Shown here: piece by piece, positions 60,840 through 64,000 of the stretch | How the letters are laid out: every line of letters starts with the position of its first letter | Numbering within the stretch: the stretch's first letter is position 1 | Assembly: GCA_046563655.1 (NCBI GenBank) | Contig: CM102287.1 | Span: 3,906,001 to 3,970,000, forward strand | Direction: 5' to 3' | Length of the DNA stretch: 64,000 bases | Origin: Yuukianura sp. NJ FZ-2021 | Lineage: Eukaryota | Translations under genes and position numbers: made by a program | Notes under the pieces: model-generated | The model's database searches: none | Seen by the model: only the letters and a program-made list of their open reading frames with translations | What the model was told of the DNA's origin: nothing

Positions 60840-63527
60840 CTGAAATTATTCAAAAATTATTCTGATGTTCATTTCTGAAGCGATTTCAAAAAGTTTGACT
60901 TTGTTTCATCCCTCTGCTGCTTCGTAAGTTTCAAATCCTTAGCAAATTCATTAACACACCTCAGGATCTAACTTTGTGATTGAATTATGCAGGTGAAGAA
61001 GTGTCGTGCTCAGATGAAGTAGACGCCTATCAAAAATCTTTAGTCCTTCACATTTTCTGTGTGACTCTGCTCAGAAATCGTGTCGTTCGTCATGTCATGT
61101 CTCTCTTACTTCTTCGTCGTGATGATGGCAGAAAAAAAGGACAAAGAAAGCGTCTGTTTCCTGTGCTGATCAAATTCTACTCACGCCTTGCAACGTAGTT
61201 GCTGACCTCAACACCTCTCATCCTGTATTAATTACTAAACTCTCCAAGTCTCAAATTGTACCATGTCAAGAACCGGACAGTGTCAGGATTTGCTGAAATC
61301 ATTTCCTGGATACTCACTAAACCCTCGGGAGTGTCGCATAGCGGGAGAATAATTTTGGAAAAAGAAGCTAAAATGGAAGAAAGTGGAAGAAAACCAGCTT
61401 CTCTTTGGTAAAAAGCGAAAAAATCAGAAGAGGAGCGAAGCTTATGAGACGTGATTGAAACAAAGGACGCTAAAAGACAAACTTAGTCGTGGTTTCTCAT
61501 TGAACGTTCGTATTTTCCATGGTTCTCAGAACCCAATGAACATTGAACTGGCAGGTAATTTCTGTTTCAATTTTTTCTTGGACTCTTATGAGGTGTGACA
61601 AGGCTCTCATTACATTTTTTTTGTAGATTGGTCCCTGATTAAGATCTGAAGTGTAGCTATGAAGCGAACAATTGTGGAAGAGAAGAATATCATAACCCTC
61701 ATTGCAGAGAATGGGAAGAAAAGGCGATGCGACGAAGCGAGTGTGCCAAGGGGATGAAAATGAAACATCTTCATAATCTCCCAAAACATCCACTACTACA
61801 CATGTAATAACACTAACAAAAGTAGCACCTTTTTTGAAAAAAAAAAAGTTTTTTGAAATGTTTTCATTTTTTTAGAAAAACTTTCCCTGCAGAGCTAATC
61901 TGAAGATCAGGAATTTTTGAAATTCATGTCCAAACTTAAAACGGTATTGTCAAAAAAGCGGTGCATAATTTTTCATTTACAGAACTAAAGGAAGATGTGT
62001 CAAAGAAGAAACGACGATTAGGAGCCCTTCGATGGATTTCTGAAGTCCCCCCTGTCGAACATCTCAAAAAAATGTTTGAACTCTTCACAATTTTTGGAAT
62101 TTTGAGAGAAGGACTTAAAGGGCTCCAGCTGAGACATTCACTTTGGAAATGAGTCGAAAAACACTTTAATTTATCATCACTCGACAGAATGAAAACGAAA
62201 TAGACATTTTGAGGTAAAACTTCATCATGTCCATGGAAGGCAGGCAAACAGGGTTCAAACTCACCCCATCATCATCATCATCATTTTCATCTTCAGCCCT
62301 TGAGTTCCTCAATCATAAATTTAGTTGTTGTTTTTCACAGGGTGAAGTGACAGAAATATGCGAGACCTGACCAGGATTCGTCCCACCGCCCCCAAAAAAG
62401 CAAACCTGAGCCGGAACCACTCTGCAGCGTCAAAAAGTTCCGAAAACCGAAACGCAGAAATTCAAAACGCGAGAAACTTCTCAGAAAACCGAAAAAAGAA
62501 ACTTGAGAATCCGGTACCGGTACCGAAACGGTACTGAAATTTCACTTCTGGACAAAAACGCTGCTACCGACTTCGAAATTGAGACACGTTGCTACCGTTT
62601 TCCAACTTTAAAAAACATTGAGCTCCGTGGGAGACGATCCTCTCACCCCCGAATGTCAGTCGGAACGCTACACCAGAACGCCGATCCTCCTCGTCTGCAG
62701 GAACGTCAAATTCCTAGATGGCGCTGTGTTTTGAGTTATTTGACGATGGAATTGCTCCAGCTGGATCCCAGTTTTTAAGTATTTTTGGATAATGGAGTCT
62801 GTTCCGTCGTGGGTTTTGGCCTTATGTCTTGAGGGAGTTGGAAGTTAAGAGAGGAGAAGGACGAAACGACGACGCTTGAAGGGAAAGAACTGGGAGGAGA
62901 AGGGAAAAACCAGAAATTTATCGTCAAGTTCGGCGTGATTCGTGAAATTGTAATAAATCGTCACGGCGAAGCATTTTTGTGAGAGATTTGTAGCCAGACC
63001 CTCCCTTCAGATGCTGAGACTTTGAGAATTTTGAGATTTATGTTTGACGAGTCTTTGAGATTTATGTGACAAACGAATGTAACCCCCCCCCCTCCCGTCT
63101 TCCTACCCGCCAACCCCCGCCCCCATGTACATACTTTATGAGGCCTATAACTCATACTCACCTCTTCCTTCATCTTCAACCTCCTCAAAAAGTTAAGTAG
63201 AAAAAAAAGTTAAGTTTTTAAAAAAAGTTTTGGTAATTGAGAACTGAGTAGCCATTGACTCCGTTCCTAAAGCCCTCCCCACCACACCAGTTCCAATCAA
63301 CATTCATCAATGGTCTGAGTCAACTCAGTTTCTCAGGAAATAAAGTTGATGAACTGCGCAGGAGCGGCAGTGACCATGGGCAGCAGGTATTCTGAACAAT
63401 AGTTTGAAAAATGGGCTTGTTTGAACAAAGGACTGAGAACACAAAGACTTGGAAACAGTGACAGAGACAATGGACGGAGAAGTCATAAGAGCCAGGACCA
63501 CCAGCACAAATTTCAAATCCAATTTGA

Positions 63528-63790
63528 CAAACGTTTTCTAGACATTTGGCAACGTTTTCAAACGTACTTGAGAAATTTTGCAACGTTTTCAAACGTTTTT
63601 CAGACATTTGGTAACGTTTTCAAACGTTTTTCAGACATTTGGCAACGTTTTTAAACGTTATGCAGAAATATAGCAACGTTTTCAAACGTTTTTAATATAT
63701 TTCGTAACGTTTTCAAACGTTTTTCAGAAGTAACGTTTTCAAACGTTCGTCAAAAATCTCAAAACGTTTCTCATTACAAAAACGTTTTGC
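63528..63790 (+). repeat. About 31-bp minisatellite (CAACGTTTTCAAACGTTTTTCAGACATTTGG)
   Basis: About 8 degenerate units, each with two AACGTT palindromes. Confidence 0.9.
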
Positions 63791-64000
63791 TGTGTGAGTG
63801 TAAGCAGTCAGAACTTTCTCCCAAGCGTTACCTAAAACATTCCTACGCATGTGCAGTACCGAATCTTTGCAGCATGCGCATGGCGGGAAAAATTTTCAAA
63901 CTCCAGAGTGAAAGCAGAGCTTGCAAGTTTTCACCGGAAGTAAGAAACCGGAAACGCCGAACTTTGGTTCACTTTGGCACGATCGCGCAGCAGCAGAATC

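Noticed and set aside
62264..63185. Donor-bearing segments as the tiptop first coding exon
   Set aside because: Neither matches the expected phase-1 ...RMK-W N-terminal junction convincingly; left unassigned.
63528..63790. CRISPR-like appearance of the 31-bp repeats
   Set aside because: No unique spacers, no cas genes and eukaryotic context; it is a minisatellite.

Overview
Gene-dense, AT-rich eukaryotic window with short introns; the HR3, tiptop/teashirt and Atossa proteins point to an arthropod. Manual splicing gives 14 protein-coding loci in this order: a G/Q/S-rich repeat protein running off the left edge (-), COG7 (+), a small secreted protein with 11-mer repeats (-), a ZP-domain protein (-), a Thr-rich pentapeptide-repeat secreted protein (+), a CELF/Bruno-like RNA-binding protein (+), pallidin/BLOC1S6 (+), FAM214/Atossa (+), mRpL51 (-), an acyl-CoA dehydrogenase (-), a CAP/SCP protein (+), nuclear receptor HR3 (-), a C1orf21/DUF4612 protein (+) and tiptop/teashirt (-, 5' end not found). 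Two observations stand out. (1) A three-exon, frame-preserving upstream ORF (117 aa, or 47 aa from an internal Met) lies in the predicted 5' leader of Atossa and ends in a TAATG stop-start overlap. (2) The nuclear-receptor-type motif AGGTCAAAGGTCA (DR1) and related IR1/DR0 arrangements are strongly over-represented; they sit next to splice sites and occur inside coding sequence in different frames. All family assignments come from recognising motifs by eye; no searches were run.
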